In this document: piece after piece, positions 30,383 to 39,463 of the stretch
How positions within the stretch are numbered: the stretch's first letter is position 1
Layout of the letters: each line of letters starts with the position of its first letter
Made by a program: the position numbers and the translations under genes
Notes under the pieces: generated by a model
What the model was told of the DNA's origin: nothing
The model's input: the letters and a program-made list of their open reading frames with translations, nothing else
The model's database searches: none
DNA from: a virus
Lineage: Duplodnaviria > Caudoviricetes
DNA length: 64,000 nt
Reading direction: 5' to 3' (one strand)
Virus record (IMG/VR): IMGVR_UViG_3300043093_000048
Span: 160,001 to 224,000 of that record

Positions 30383-32884
30383 ATGGGAGTAATCAATATT
30401 AATTTAACAGATCTTCAAGAGGATTATATGATTAAATATATGAGATCTGTGTTAGAAGATAGAGCTATTGCAGATGTTAGGGATGGAATGAAACCTATTC
30501 AAAGATATTGTGTTTGGGATGAATATAATAATGGTTGTCTTCCTGATAAGCCACATGTAAAGTGTGCTATGACTGTAGGAAGCGTTATTGGTAAATGGAG
30601 TCCTCATGGTGATGCATCAGCGTATGGTGCATTAACTAGACTAGCACAAAACTTTTCAATTAATATTCCAATAATTGATGGACATGGAAATATGGGTAGT
30701 ATTAATGGAGATTGCCCAGCAGCATACAGATACGTTGAGTCGAGACTTTCAAAATATGGTTTATCATTATGTGATGATATTAATAATAATGCAGTAGATT
30801 TTGTTCCAAACTATTCTAATATGTTTCAAGAACCAACTGTATTACCTGCAAAAGTTTGTAATCTTTTGATTCAAGGTTCTTTAGGCATCGCTAGCGGTTT
30901 TGTTTCTTCAATTCCACCTCATAATATTAATGATGTATGTAATGCTACTATAAAGCTTATTAAAGAACCAGACACTGATGAGAATTATTTTGCAAAAACT
31001 CTTAAACCAGATTTTCCCACAGGAGGTATTATATGTAATACTTCTGAAATTCAAAACGCTTATAAAACTGGTAAAGGTAATATTAAAATAAGATCTCATG
31101 TAGAAATTAAAACACATAAAAATGGAAGTAGCTCAATAATTATTAAAGATATTCCTTATCTTGTTACAATTGGTCCAAGAATTGTTCCAGGAGCTTCTAG
31201 TAATGATGATGGCGGTCTAATTAATAGTATTGTAAATAAAATTAAAGATGGTACTATTGATGGTATTTCTGATATTCAAGATCATTCTACTGGTATGAAT
31301 ATTAATATTGAAATAAAGATTAAAAAGGATTATGACCCTAATGTAATTTTAGCTCAATTATATAAATATACTAAAATGGAATTCTCTTATAAGATTCAAT
31401 TAGTTTGTCTTAATGATAAGAAGTATAGTTATTATTCAATTAAAAAAATTCTTGAAGAATTCATTGAATTTAGAAAGAAGACAATTAAAAGAGTAGTAGT
31501 ATATAATATCAATAAACTTAAGAGACGTATTCATATCATTGATGGTCTTATTATGGCTTTGAATGTAATTGATGATGTTATCAAAATTATTAAAAAGTCT
31601 AAGGATAAAAATATTGCTAGAGATAGTCTTAAAAAGAAACTTCCTAAATTAACTTTATTTCAGATTGATGCTATTTTGGATATGAAACTATCTTCTTTAA
31701 CTAACTTAGAGATTAATAAACTAGTCGATGAGAAAAATGAAAAAGAAAATAAAGTTAAAGAATTGATTGAAGATCTTAAAGAAGAAAATATCTGTAAAAG
31801 AATTATTGATGAACAAAATGAATACAAAAAGAAGTATGGATATCCAGTAAGAACAGAATACCAAGATATTGATACTAACATTACTACTGAAGATATTATT
31901 GAAAAAGAAGATTGTGTTTTAGTATTAACTAATGATAATTATATTAAAAGACTTTCTGCTGATAAATTTAAAACACAAAAAAGAAATACACAAGGTAATA
32001 ATATAACTAATAGTGTTAAAGATATATTCTCAACAAATACTAAAGATCATTTATTATGCTTTACAAATCTTGGAAGAGTATTTGATATTAAAGTATATAA
32101 TATTAATGAAGGATCTATTAAAAGTAAAGGTATGAGAATTCCATTAAACCTTAAACCAGATGAAAAAGTTATTAAATTCTTATGTTTAAGTGATGAAAAA
32201 ATTTCTGATCCTAATTCTTATTTAATGTTTGTTACTAAAAATGGATTAGGTAAAAGAACTTCTTTAGAAGAATTTAAGAATATTAATAAAGCAGGAATTA
32301 TTGCAATAGACCTCAAAGAAAATGATAAAATAGTATTTGTTGGTTATATTGACAATAATAAAGATATTCAAGATATTATTATAGCTACAGAAAATGGATT
32401 AACTGTAAGATATGATAAAGAACAATTTAAACCTATTGGAAGAACTACACAAGGTAATGTAGTTATGAAATTATTAGATGATGATCATATTGCAAGTGCT
32501 TGTATCATTGATGATGAAAATGATAAGATATTCTTTATAACACAGAATGGATTAGGTAAAACTACTTTAGTAACAGATAATGTTAAAAAGAAAGATCCTA
32601 ATACTAAAAAAGAAGTAATCATTAATGATGGTTTTCCAAGACTTAAAAGAAGTGCTACAATTAAAGGAAGAATTGGTATAACTCTTAAAAATGATAAACT
32701 AGTAGAAATTATTCCTATTCATAATAATGATGATATTAAAGATATTATAATTACAACTAAACAAAAAGTTTTAACAATTAGCACTGAAGAATTCCTAGAG
32801 CCATTAAAAAGAGCTACTATGGGTAAGAAATTAATTAATATTAAAGATGAAAATGATTTTATCGTTAATATTGCACTCAGATAA
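30383..32884 (+). CDS. gyrA: DNA gyrase subunit A
   Basis: DGMKPIQR, PHGD, AAYRY catalytic Tyr, PDFPTGG, GyrA-box-like QKRNTQG, C-terminal pinwheel repeats. Confidence 0.96.
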   Translation: MGVININLTDLQEDYMIKYMRSVLEDRAIADVRDGMKPIQRYCVWDEYNNGCLPDKPHVKCAMTVGSVIGKWSPHGDASAYGALTRLAQNFSINIPIIDGHGNMGSINGDCPAAYRYVESRLSKYGLSLCDDINNNAVDFVPNYSNMFQEPTVLPAKVCNLLIQGSLGIASGFVSSIPPHNINDVCNATIKLIKEPDTDENYFAKTLKPDFPTGGIICNTSEIQNAYKTGKGNIKIRSHVEIKTHKNGSSSIIIKDIPYLVTIGPRIVPGASSNDDGGLINSIVNKIKDGTIDGISDIQDHSTGMNINIEIKIKKDYDPNVILAQLYKYTKMEFSYKIQLVCLNDKKYSYYSIKKILEEFIEFRKKTIKRVVVYNINKLKRRIHIIDGLIMALNVIDDVIKIIKKSKDKNIARDSLKKKLPKLTLFQIDAILDMKLSSLTNLEINKLVDEKNEKENKVKELIEDLKEENICKRIIDEQNEYKKKYGYPVRTEYQDIDTNITTEDIIEKEDCVLVLTNDNYIKRLSADKFKTQKRNTQGNNITNSVKDIFSTNTKDHLLCFTNLGRVFDIKVYNINEGSIKSKGMRIPLNLKPDEKVIKFLCLSDEKISDPNSYLMFVTKNGLGKRTSLEEFKNINKAGIIAIDLKENDKIVFVGYIDNNKDIQDIIIATENGLTVRYDKEQFKPIGRTTQGNVVMKLLDDDHIASACIIDDENDKIFFITQNGLGKTTLVTDNVKKKDPNTKKEVIINDGFPRLKRSATIKGRIGITLKNDKLVEIIPIHNNDDIKDIIITTKQKVLTISTEEFLEPLKRATMGKKLINIKDENDFIVNIALR

Positions 32885-32897
32885 AGGAGAGATTAAT

Positions 32898-33062
32898 ATG
32901 AAATCTGTTGTTATTGTAAGATCTGAAGACACTAAAACAATTTATGGTGTTTTTGAAAATGATGAAAAAGCTGATGAGTATATTAAAGATTTAACTAAAA
33001 ATAATCCAAATCTTTTTGATGAAAATAATAGATTACAAAAGATGCACTGGTCTGTAAGATAA
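32898..33062 (+). CDS. Small hypothetical protein (54 aa)
   Basis: AAGGAG RBS; IYGVFENDEKA motif. Confidence 0.6.
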   Translation: MKSVVIVRSEDTKTIYGVFENDEKADEYIKDLTKNNPNLFDENNRLQKMHWSVR

Positions 33063-33074
33063 AATTTTTATATG

Positions 33075-33167
33075 TTCCCTTAGTATATATTAAATATACT
33101 AAGGGAATATTTTTTTTATAAAATATCGAAAAAAAAATCCCTTAACTATTTTTAAATAGTTAAGGGA
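33075..33167. terminator. Two back-to-back terminators for convergent units
   Basis: TTCCCTTAGTATAT/ATATACTAAGGGAA+T and TCCCTTAACTATTT/AAATAGTTAAGGGA preceded by an A run. Confidence 0.8.
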
Positions 33168-33177
33168 AATTTATTAA

Positions 33178-34902
33178 TTATCTTTCATAATAGAATACAA
33201 AGTTACCACAATCATAAATTTTGAGATAACCAGCTTCTCTCATAATTTGGAATTCAGTTTTATCATCAGAATAAATATCTGGGAACTTCTTTTTAAGTTC
33301 TTGCTTTCTAAATCCAAATCTATTATATTTCTTTATATTATTTTTATCAATATAGAAATATGATGGAGAACTTGTATGATCTAATCTAAAATTATTTTTC
33401 AAATAAAGATTTCCATCAGACCATCTTCTATCAGCATATGTGATAATTCTATTCCATTCAAAATTTCTTTCAAAATATTTAAATAATTTACTAAAACCAC
33501 CAATTACACAAATATCTCCTTCAGTGGCATATCTTGAAAGTTCATAATCAAAAGCAGTTTTATCACTCTTTTGTCCTAAAGAAAGTCTAGGCTTACAGAA
33601 TGTCATAACTGCCACTAAAGTATCTTCACCATTATCTTCTGGATACCAAAGACCAAGTTTAATACTTGCACTATCAGTTCCTTGAATATGATTATCTTCT
33701 AAAAATATCTTTTTAGCAGGTGCAGTAATCTCTTCAATATAACATTTTCTTGCAAATACCTTTCTACCAACATGCTGAGTCATATACTTTAATTTTCTTT
33801 TAACAATATCTTGCTTATTTACCCATTCATCTTCAAATAAATGAATAAGTCTTATACCATTTTTAACTGCTAATTCAGTTTTCTTAATATGATAATCCTT
33901 TGGAACAAAATCTTCTGAATGCCAATAAAGTCCATCAAATTCAATTCCAATTTTATAGTCAGGAAGATAAATATCTATTTCCTGTTTATTACCAAGAATT
34001 GTTCGATCATTTCTTGAGATATTTTCAACACCAATAGATTTAAGATAATCACAAATATCATCTTCATATTTAGATTTACCCATATTAGTGTTACATTTAG
34101 GACATCTTTCAATAGTCTTATTATCTCTAGTATATGGGTGAAGAATATCTACAGGTCTTACTGACCATTCATGACCACACTTATTATGTCTAATTTTTAC
34201 TTTTTCTTTATTACTTGAATAATTACTTAATAGAGTATAATTATCTCCTAAAGCTTCTTGGAACGTTTCATTTGTATATTTTTCTGATTTATAACAATTT
34301 GAACAACCTTTACCAAGTAATAAATTAGAAGGTGTTGCTTCAAATAATTTTCCACATTTAGTATGATATACTTTAATCTTAGTATTATTATCAGTGTAAG
34401 GCTGTTTTAATAATACTTCATACTCTTCACCTAAGACTTCTTCAACTCTTGCTTTAAGTGTCTTAATTCCAATCTTATGCTTTTCAGCACCTTGTTTCTT
34501 AGAACATTTAGGACATCTTCTATTATTAAGAAAACAATCTGGTCTAACATCATATTCTAACCCACAAGTATTATGTTTCATTTTAACCTTAGTTGTAGTA
34601 TTAACAAAATCACTTAATAAAGTATATTCATCTCCAACTAGATCAAATATTTCCTTTTTAAAGCTTTCAGTTGTTCTATTACGATTTTTAGGTTTTTTAG
34701 CATTTTCTCTATTTGCAATAGCTCTTGCACATTTAGGACATCTTTTTCCTGCTAAAAAGTTAGTAGGAGAAACTTCATATTTAAGTCCACAATCTTCATG
34801 TAATATTGTAACTTTATTATGAGTTCCAGTATATTCGGATAATAATTTATATCCTTCATTTTCTTCAACCTTTTTTCTAAAGCTTTCAGTATCCCAACGC
34901 AT
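33178..34902 (-). CDS. Free-standing homing-endonuclease-like protein: four Zn-ribbon repeats + PD-(D/E)xK/Vsr-like nuclease + Mom/GNAT-like domain
   Basis: HxxCG...RCPKC repeats; EIDIYLP...IEFDGLYWH; ELSRYA...ITYADRRWSDGNLY; early promoter 34964-34971. Confidence 0.75.
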   Translation of the reverse strand: MRWDTESFRKKVEENEGYKLLSEYTGTHNKVTILHEDCGLKYEVSPTNFLAGKRCPKCARAIANRENAKKPKNRNRTTESFKKEIFDLVGDEYTLLSDFVNTTTKVKMKHNTCGLEYDVRPDCFLNNRRCPKCSKKQGAEKHKIGIKTLKARVEEVLGEEYEVLLKQPYTDNNTKIKVYHTKCGKLFEATPSNLLLGKGCSNCYKSEKYTNETFQEALGDNYTLLSNYSSNKEKVKIRHNKCGHEWSVRPVDILHPYTRDNKTIERCPKCNTNMGKSKYEDDICDYLKSIGVENISRNDRTILGNKQEIDIYLPDYKIGIEFDGLYWHSEDFVPKDYHIKKTELAVKNGIRLIHLFEDEWVNKQDIVKRKLKYMTQHVGRKVFARKCYIEEITAPAKKIFLEDNHIQGTDSASIKLGLWYPEDNGEDTLVAVMTFCKPRLSLGQKSDKTAFDYELSRYATEGDICVIGGFSKLFKYFERNFEWNRIITYADRRWSDGNLYLKNNFRLDHTSSPSYFYIDKNNIKKYNRFGFRKQELKKKFPDIYSDDKTEFQIMREAGYLKIYDCGNFVFYYER

Positions 34903-35020
34903 AATTTTATTACTCCTTTAATAAAAAATATTTTTTGTAGTTTATCAATCTAACTACACTATAATAATATATAGTTATAGTTGGTTTTAAAATTTTTTAA
35001 TTTATAGTTGGTATAAATTT

Positions 35021-36127
35021 CTAATTATATTTATTAATAATATCTTCTAATATTATTTCTAGATTATCAAAATCCTTATAAGATATTCGATATAAATCAA
35101 TATTATGATCTTTACAATATTGATCTTTAATTTCATCTCTTTTCTTTTGTATTTCTAATTTCTTTTCACCATATATATTTTTATTATGAAATTCTCCATC
35201 ATATTCTATTAATATAATTTTTCCTGTATCATCTTCTAGTTTAAAATCAAATTCTAATGTTCTTTTATATTTACAATCTTTTAAACCCTTATAATGCCAA
35301 ATATATTCATAATCATTTGAATCTAACCATTTAGCTATCTTTTCTTCTCCTAATGAAATTCTACAATGTGGACATCTATTTCCATTTAAAAAATCATCTG
35401 CAGTTAATGTAAAAATATTATTACATTTTTTACATAATACTTTTATTTTATTTTTTCGTTTAGTATATTTAGTTAATATTTCATAATTATTAAAAGTATC
35501 TTTTGGTAATTTCTTTAAAAATTCTTCATGAGTTAATGTATGTTTTTTAGCTCTTTGTTTTAAAGAGCATTTAGGACATCTTCTTTTTTTATTTAAGAAG
35601 TTGTCAGCAGTTGTTTCAAATATATTATTACATTTATTGTGTTTAATTTTTATTTTAGATTTATTATTAATATATTCATCACTTATTAATGAATATTCAT
35701 TGCCTACTTGATTTTTCATATCACTTCTTAAGGATTCTATTGTCTTTTTCTTACTTGGGTGAGAACAATATGGACATCTATGATTATTATTAAAATTAAT
35801 AGGTGTCATTTCAAATTCTTTATTACATTTATTATGCTTAAATTTAACTTTAGTTTTATTATTAATATATTCAGATATTAATTTATATTCATTATTAGTA
35901 ATATTTTTTACTTTTTCTTTATACATATCAGTATTCATTATATGATTAGAACAGTAAGGACATCTATCTCCTTGAATAAATCTATCAGGTCTTACTCTAT
36001 AAGTATTATTACATTTATTATGCTTAAGAATAACTTGCGTTTTATTATTAATATATTCTGATTGTAACTCATACTCATCATTAGTAAGATTTTTTAATTT
36101 GTCTTTAAATGATAAAATAATTATCAA
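35021..36127 (-). CDS. Free-standing Zn-ribbon/Vsr-like (EDxHD-type) homing endonuclease
   Basis: Four HNKC/CKKC...RCPxC repeats; FDF...IEYDGEFH...RDEIKDQYC...LYRISY. Confidence 0.8.
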   Translation of the reverse strand: MIIILSFKDKLKNLTNDEYELQSEYINNKTQVILKHNKCNNTYRVRPDRFIQGDRCPYCSNHIMNTDMYKEKVKNITNNEYKLISEYINNKTKVKFKHNKCNKEFEMTPINFNNNHRCPYCSHPSKKKTIESLRSDMKNQVGNEYSLISDEYINNKSKIKIKHNKCNNIFETTADNFLNKKRRCPKCSLKQRAKKHTLTHEEFLKKLPKDTFNNYEILTKYTKRKNKIKVLCKKCNNIFTLTADDFLNGNRCPHCRISLGEEKIAKWLDSNDYEYIWHYKGLKDCKYKRTLEFDFKLEDDTGKIILIEYDGEFHNKNIYGEKKLEIQKKRDEIKDQYCKDHNIDLYRISYKDFDNLEIILEDIINKYN

Positions 36128-36209
36128 CTCCTATTTAGTATTTAAATAATAGTTTTCTAATTATAAAAAATAAAAATTCCCTAAGACTTATTAAGTCTTA
36201 GGGGTTTAT

Positions 36210-37616
36210 TTAAGATTGATATATATCTTTTATTTGACGTTTTAATTCTATTAAAGCTTTCGAAGCGTAACCGTCAATAAAGATGTCTAGAGTCATACGG
36301 CTGTTTATACTTAAAGGACTTAATATAGCTTCTACTGGTTCTTCTGGTCTATAATCAGAATATGGTTCTTCACCTTTTTCTAAAACCTTTGAAACAATAG
36401 TTTTAAGAGCCGTTCCGTATATAACTTTATCGCCTATACCTAACTCTTGGTAATATTCTATAAAGAATTCAAACATTACACCATCTATTACATCTTCACC
36501 TTTAATTTTATTTTCAGTTTGTTTTTCAATAATAGGAGCATTTAAAGAATCATAACCTGTTCCTTTTATTTTTTCTATAATAGCTTTTCTAGATTTCTTT
36601 GCATTAATATAAGATTTAATTACTTTTTGTAAACTTTCTGAATATTCTTCAATATCATTAGTATAATAAATATTTACTTTAGTAACTACACCTGTATATT
36701 TACACTTTAATTCATTTTTAGCCATCTCAGCAATATTAGCTGCAAATTCATCACCAATTTTACCTAAGATATCATTCATAGATTCATCATTAAATGAATT
36801 TTCAAAGATTAATAAAGGTTCATTAGTTTTAATATTTTGACCTTCTTTAGCTACAAAACTTACTGTAGCATTTTTATCAAGAATCTTTGTCTTTCTCATA
36901 GTAACTTTAGTGGCTAAGCCTTCAGATACTTTATCAGTAACAATAGATGAGTCTTCAAGAGTAAAATCTGCTGAAGCAATAGCTATTTTAGTAGTTCTAC
37001 CCATACAATATATAATATCATCTTTCTTACCATTACCAACAAAGAAATTAGGATTCTTTGCTATTACAGCACCTTTATTGAATTTTTCTCCAGGTGTGTA
37101 AAGCATTTCAAATTTCTGTGAGTTATAAAAACCACCATTACTATTGTTGGTTTCAACTATATCTAAATCAATTAAATCTTGTTTACCAGATTTATATTTA
37201 AGAATAGCTACTTTATTTTTCATATCAATAGATTCTACTACACCATCTTCTTTTGCTTTAAACGCAAATTCATCAGAAATCATATAAGGAGCAGTTTTTT
37301 CTAATCCAGAACCAATTAATGGTGGTGTCTGACCCAATACTGATACAATATGTTTCTGCTGCACAGACTGCATAGAAATACGAGGAGCATCTGAGTGTGT
37401 AGTTGTTGATGGATTCATTAATTCTGAGAAGTCATATTGAGTTGTAGAACCATTTCCTTTAGCATTACTTGGATCTACAAAACCATATATATTAGTAATT
37501 TTAGGACTATAAGTTAATTGTCTAACAATACCAACCTGATTACCTTCAGGTGTGTTAAGACTAATTAAGTTCTTCATGTTTTCATTATAACCACGAGTTC
37601 TTGTAGTATAAGCTTC
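36210..37616 (-). CDS. Virion RNA polymerase beta (N-terminal, phiKZ gp178-type), exon 3
   Basis: TPEGNQVGIV, HSDAPRISMQ, PLIGSGLEK, EDSSIV, IGDKV, LSPLSINSRM match RpoB motifs. Confidence 0.9.
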   Translation of the reverse strand, partial: EAYTTRTRGYNENMKNLISLNTPEGNQVGIVRQLTYSPKITNIYGFVDPSNAKGNGSTTQYDFSELMNPSTTTHSDAPRISMQSVQQKHIVSVLGQTPPLIGSGLEKTAPYMISDEFAFKAKEDGVVESIDMKNKVAILKYKSGKQDLIDLDIVETNNSNGGFYNSQKFEMLYTPGEKFNKGAVIAKNPNFFVGNGKKDDIIYCMGRTTKIAIASADFTLEDSSIVTDKVSEGLATKVTMRKTKILDKNATVSFVAKEGQNIKTNEPLLIFENSFNDESMNDILGKIGDEFAANIAEMAKNELKCKYTGVVTKVNIYYTNDIEEYSESLQKVIKSYINAKKSRKAIIEKIKGTGYDSLNAPIIEKQTENKIKGEDVIDGVMFEFFIEYYQELGIGDKVIYGTALKTIVSKVLEKGEEPYSDYRPEEPVEAILSPLSINSRMTLDIFIDGYASKALIELKRQIKDIYQS

Positions 37617-39035
37617 CATTTTATAATTGGACTATATCTTCATCACTAAATGATGCCTTCCATTTCGGGTAAACCATAAAACCCTACTCTACTCACTTCG
37701 TGTAAATATTTCAATTTACCTTATTTTTAACTAGTTTATACTAGTATATTAGCTTTCGATAGTCTCTGAACTCATATCCTATCTTAGTAGGATACTTCGC
37801 TGCATCGATTGGACTTTAAAACTTAATCTTTTTACTATACCTAAGTCTGTTAAACTTCGCCACTAAGTATATTGCTATCTTAGTTTAGTAATTAAGTTCG
37901 TTTAGTCTTTCCTGCAATTAGGAAGGTTTATTTTTACAATGTCAACAAAGCTTACTTGATATTATAAATTATAAGTATCATAATATTTTATTTCATTGGT
38001 TATATCTTCATTTATAATTGTAAATAAATCATACTTTTCAATAAAATTATTTAAATCTTTTTCTTTTATAATTCTCATTATAATATTTTTAATTTCATTT
38101 TCATTCAGCTTATATGGAATTCTTATTAAATTAATTTTATTATTTTTGCAAAATTCATTTTTCATTAAATCATGTTTATGAGTTGTTTTATATGTTTTTC
38201 CCATAAATGATTTTTTATCAAAATGTTGTAAACCATCAAATTCAATAATACAATTATAATCTTTTAAAAAAAAATCAAATTTTAATAAAGATTTATCTTT
38301 ACAATCTTTATATGTTTTTTCTTTTTTAACTTTAATGTTATTACTTTTTAGTAAATTATAAATATAATTTGCTTTTTTAGATAGTTCTTTTCTATAACAT
38401 TCAGGACATCTTTGACCTCTTAAAAAATTGTGAGGAGACATTTTAAATATAGAATTACATTTATTATGCTTAAATGAAATATTAATTTTATTATTTTTTG
38501 GATATTCATCTAAAACTACATATTCTTTTCCAACTAATTTATATATTTCTTCCTTAAACATTTTAGTTGTTTTTGGAATTCTTTTAGAACATTTAGGACA
38601 TCTATCACCAGATAAGAATCTAGTTGGTGTTACTAAATATTCATATCCACATTTTAAATGTTTTATTTTTACATGCGTATGACAATTTTTATATTCTGAT
38701 ATAAGCTCATAATTAGAATCTATATTTTTTATTTCATTTTTAAAGTAGTCTGAATTTTTATTATATACTTTTCCAACACATTTAGGACATGAATATCTTC
38801 TTCTAAAATTACTTAATTTGCTAATAAATTCATATCCACACTTCAAATGTTTTATTTTATAATGATTTTCTTTATTAATTTTTATTTGTTCTAAAATTTT
38901 AAATTCATCAGTATAATTATTTATTTCTTCTTGAACTTCTTCTATACTTTTCTTTTTCATATTCGTTCACACTCCAAAATAATAGTATAAAATTTAGTTC
39001 ATTATATTTTTAAGTTTATGGTTTTTAGGGTGGCT
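37617..39035 (-). mobile_element. Group I intron 2 with homing endonuclease ORF in the P1 loop
   Basis: Exon CAATGTCAAT pairs with GTTGACATTG (terminal U.G); P10 TAAGCTTT/GAAGCTTA; AATTGCAGGAAAG, GCAGCGAAG, TTCAGAGACTA, AAGATATAGTCC core; terminal G; in-frame join VN|EAY. Confidence 0.9.
37962..38960 (-). CDS. Intron-encoded Zn-ribbon/Vsr-like homing endonuclease
   Basis: Three HxKC...CPxC repeats; FDFFL...IEFDGLQH; own GGAG RBS and AACT-N6-TA promoter at 38988-38999. Confidence 0.85.
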   Translation of the reverse strand: MKKKSIEEVQEEINNYTDEFKILEQIKINKENHYKIKHLKCGYEFISKLSNFRRRYSCPKCVGKVYNKNSDYFKNEIKNIDSNYELISEYKNCHTHVKIKHLKCGYEYLVTPTRFLSGDRCPKCSKRIPKTTKMFKEEIYKLVGKEYVVLDEYPKNNKINISFKHNKCNSIFKMSPHNFLRGQRCPECYRKELSKKANYIYNLLKSNNIKVKKEKTYKDCKDKSLLKFDFFLKDYNCIIEFDGLQHFDKKSFMGKTYKTTHKHDLMKNEFCKNNKINLIRIPYKLNENEIKNIIMRIIKEKDLNNFIEKYDLFTIINEDITNEIKYYDTYNL

Positions 39036-39089
39036 ATTGACATTGATACCAGCAAGTCCCTTCATTGAAGCTGTACCCATTCTCTCTAA
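39036..39089 (-). CDS. vRNAP beta exon 2, 54-nt micro-exon (LERMGTASMKGLAGINVN)
   Basis: NPSLE+LERMGTASMKGLAGI aligns without gaps to RpoB [20 protein letters not shown]. Confidence 0.85.
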
Positions 39090-39463
39090 CAATTATTACT
39101 AATTGGACTATATCATCTTCTATAATAATTTATAGAAGCCTTGCACTTCGGACATATATTATATCCTACTCTACTCACTTCGTGTAAATATTTCAATTTA
39201 CCTTATTTTTAACTAGTTTATACTAGTATATTAGCTTTCGATAGTCTCTGAACGTTCTTCATTTTATTATGAAGCTTCGCTGCTAGATTTCCCATTATTA
39301 CAATACTTAGATTTTCATCATATATCAATTTAATTATTTTTTCCGTCTTTCGACTGCATTCACACTTATCTTTACAGATTATGTTGTAGCTAATTAAATA
39401 TTAGGGTTTACAAGCAATTCACAAGGTTATCATACATTATTACTAATATATGAGAGCTAATTA
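39090..39463 (-). mobile_element. Group I intron 1 (ORF-less, about 374 nt)
   Basis: P1 GAGT/GCTC, P2 CATATATTA-GTAA-TAATGTATG, AATTGCTTGTAAAC, GCAGCGAAG, TTCAGAGACTA, ATGATATAGTCC, P9 CAATTA-GTAA-TAATTG. Confidence 0.88.

Noticed and set aside
28020-32884. Inteins in gyrase subunits
   Set aside because: Lengths are normal and no C/S...HN splice motifs are seen; the GyrB extra segment lies where the known TOPRIM insert occurs.
36210-37619. 469-aa ORF as an independent gene starting at ATG 37619
   Set aside because: The G of this ATG is the intron terminal G, there is no RBS, and P1/P10 pairings support splicing.
39461-39463. Stop-codon recoding to explain interrupted RNAP genes
   Set aside because: The stops coincide with group I intron 5' ends, and other conserved genes are intact in the standard code.
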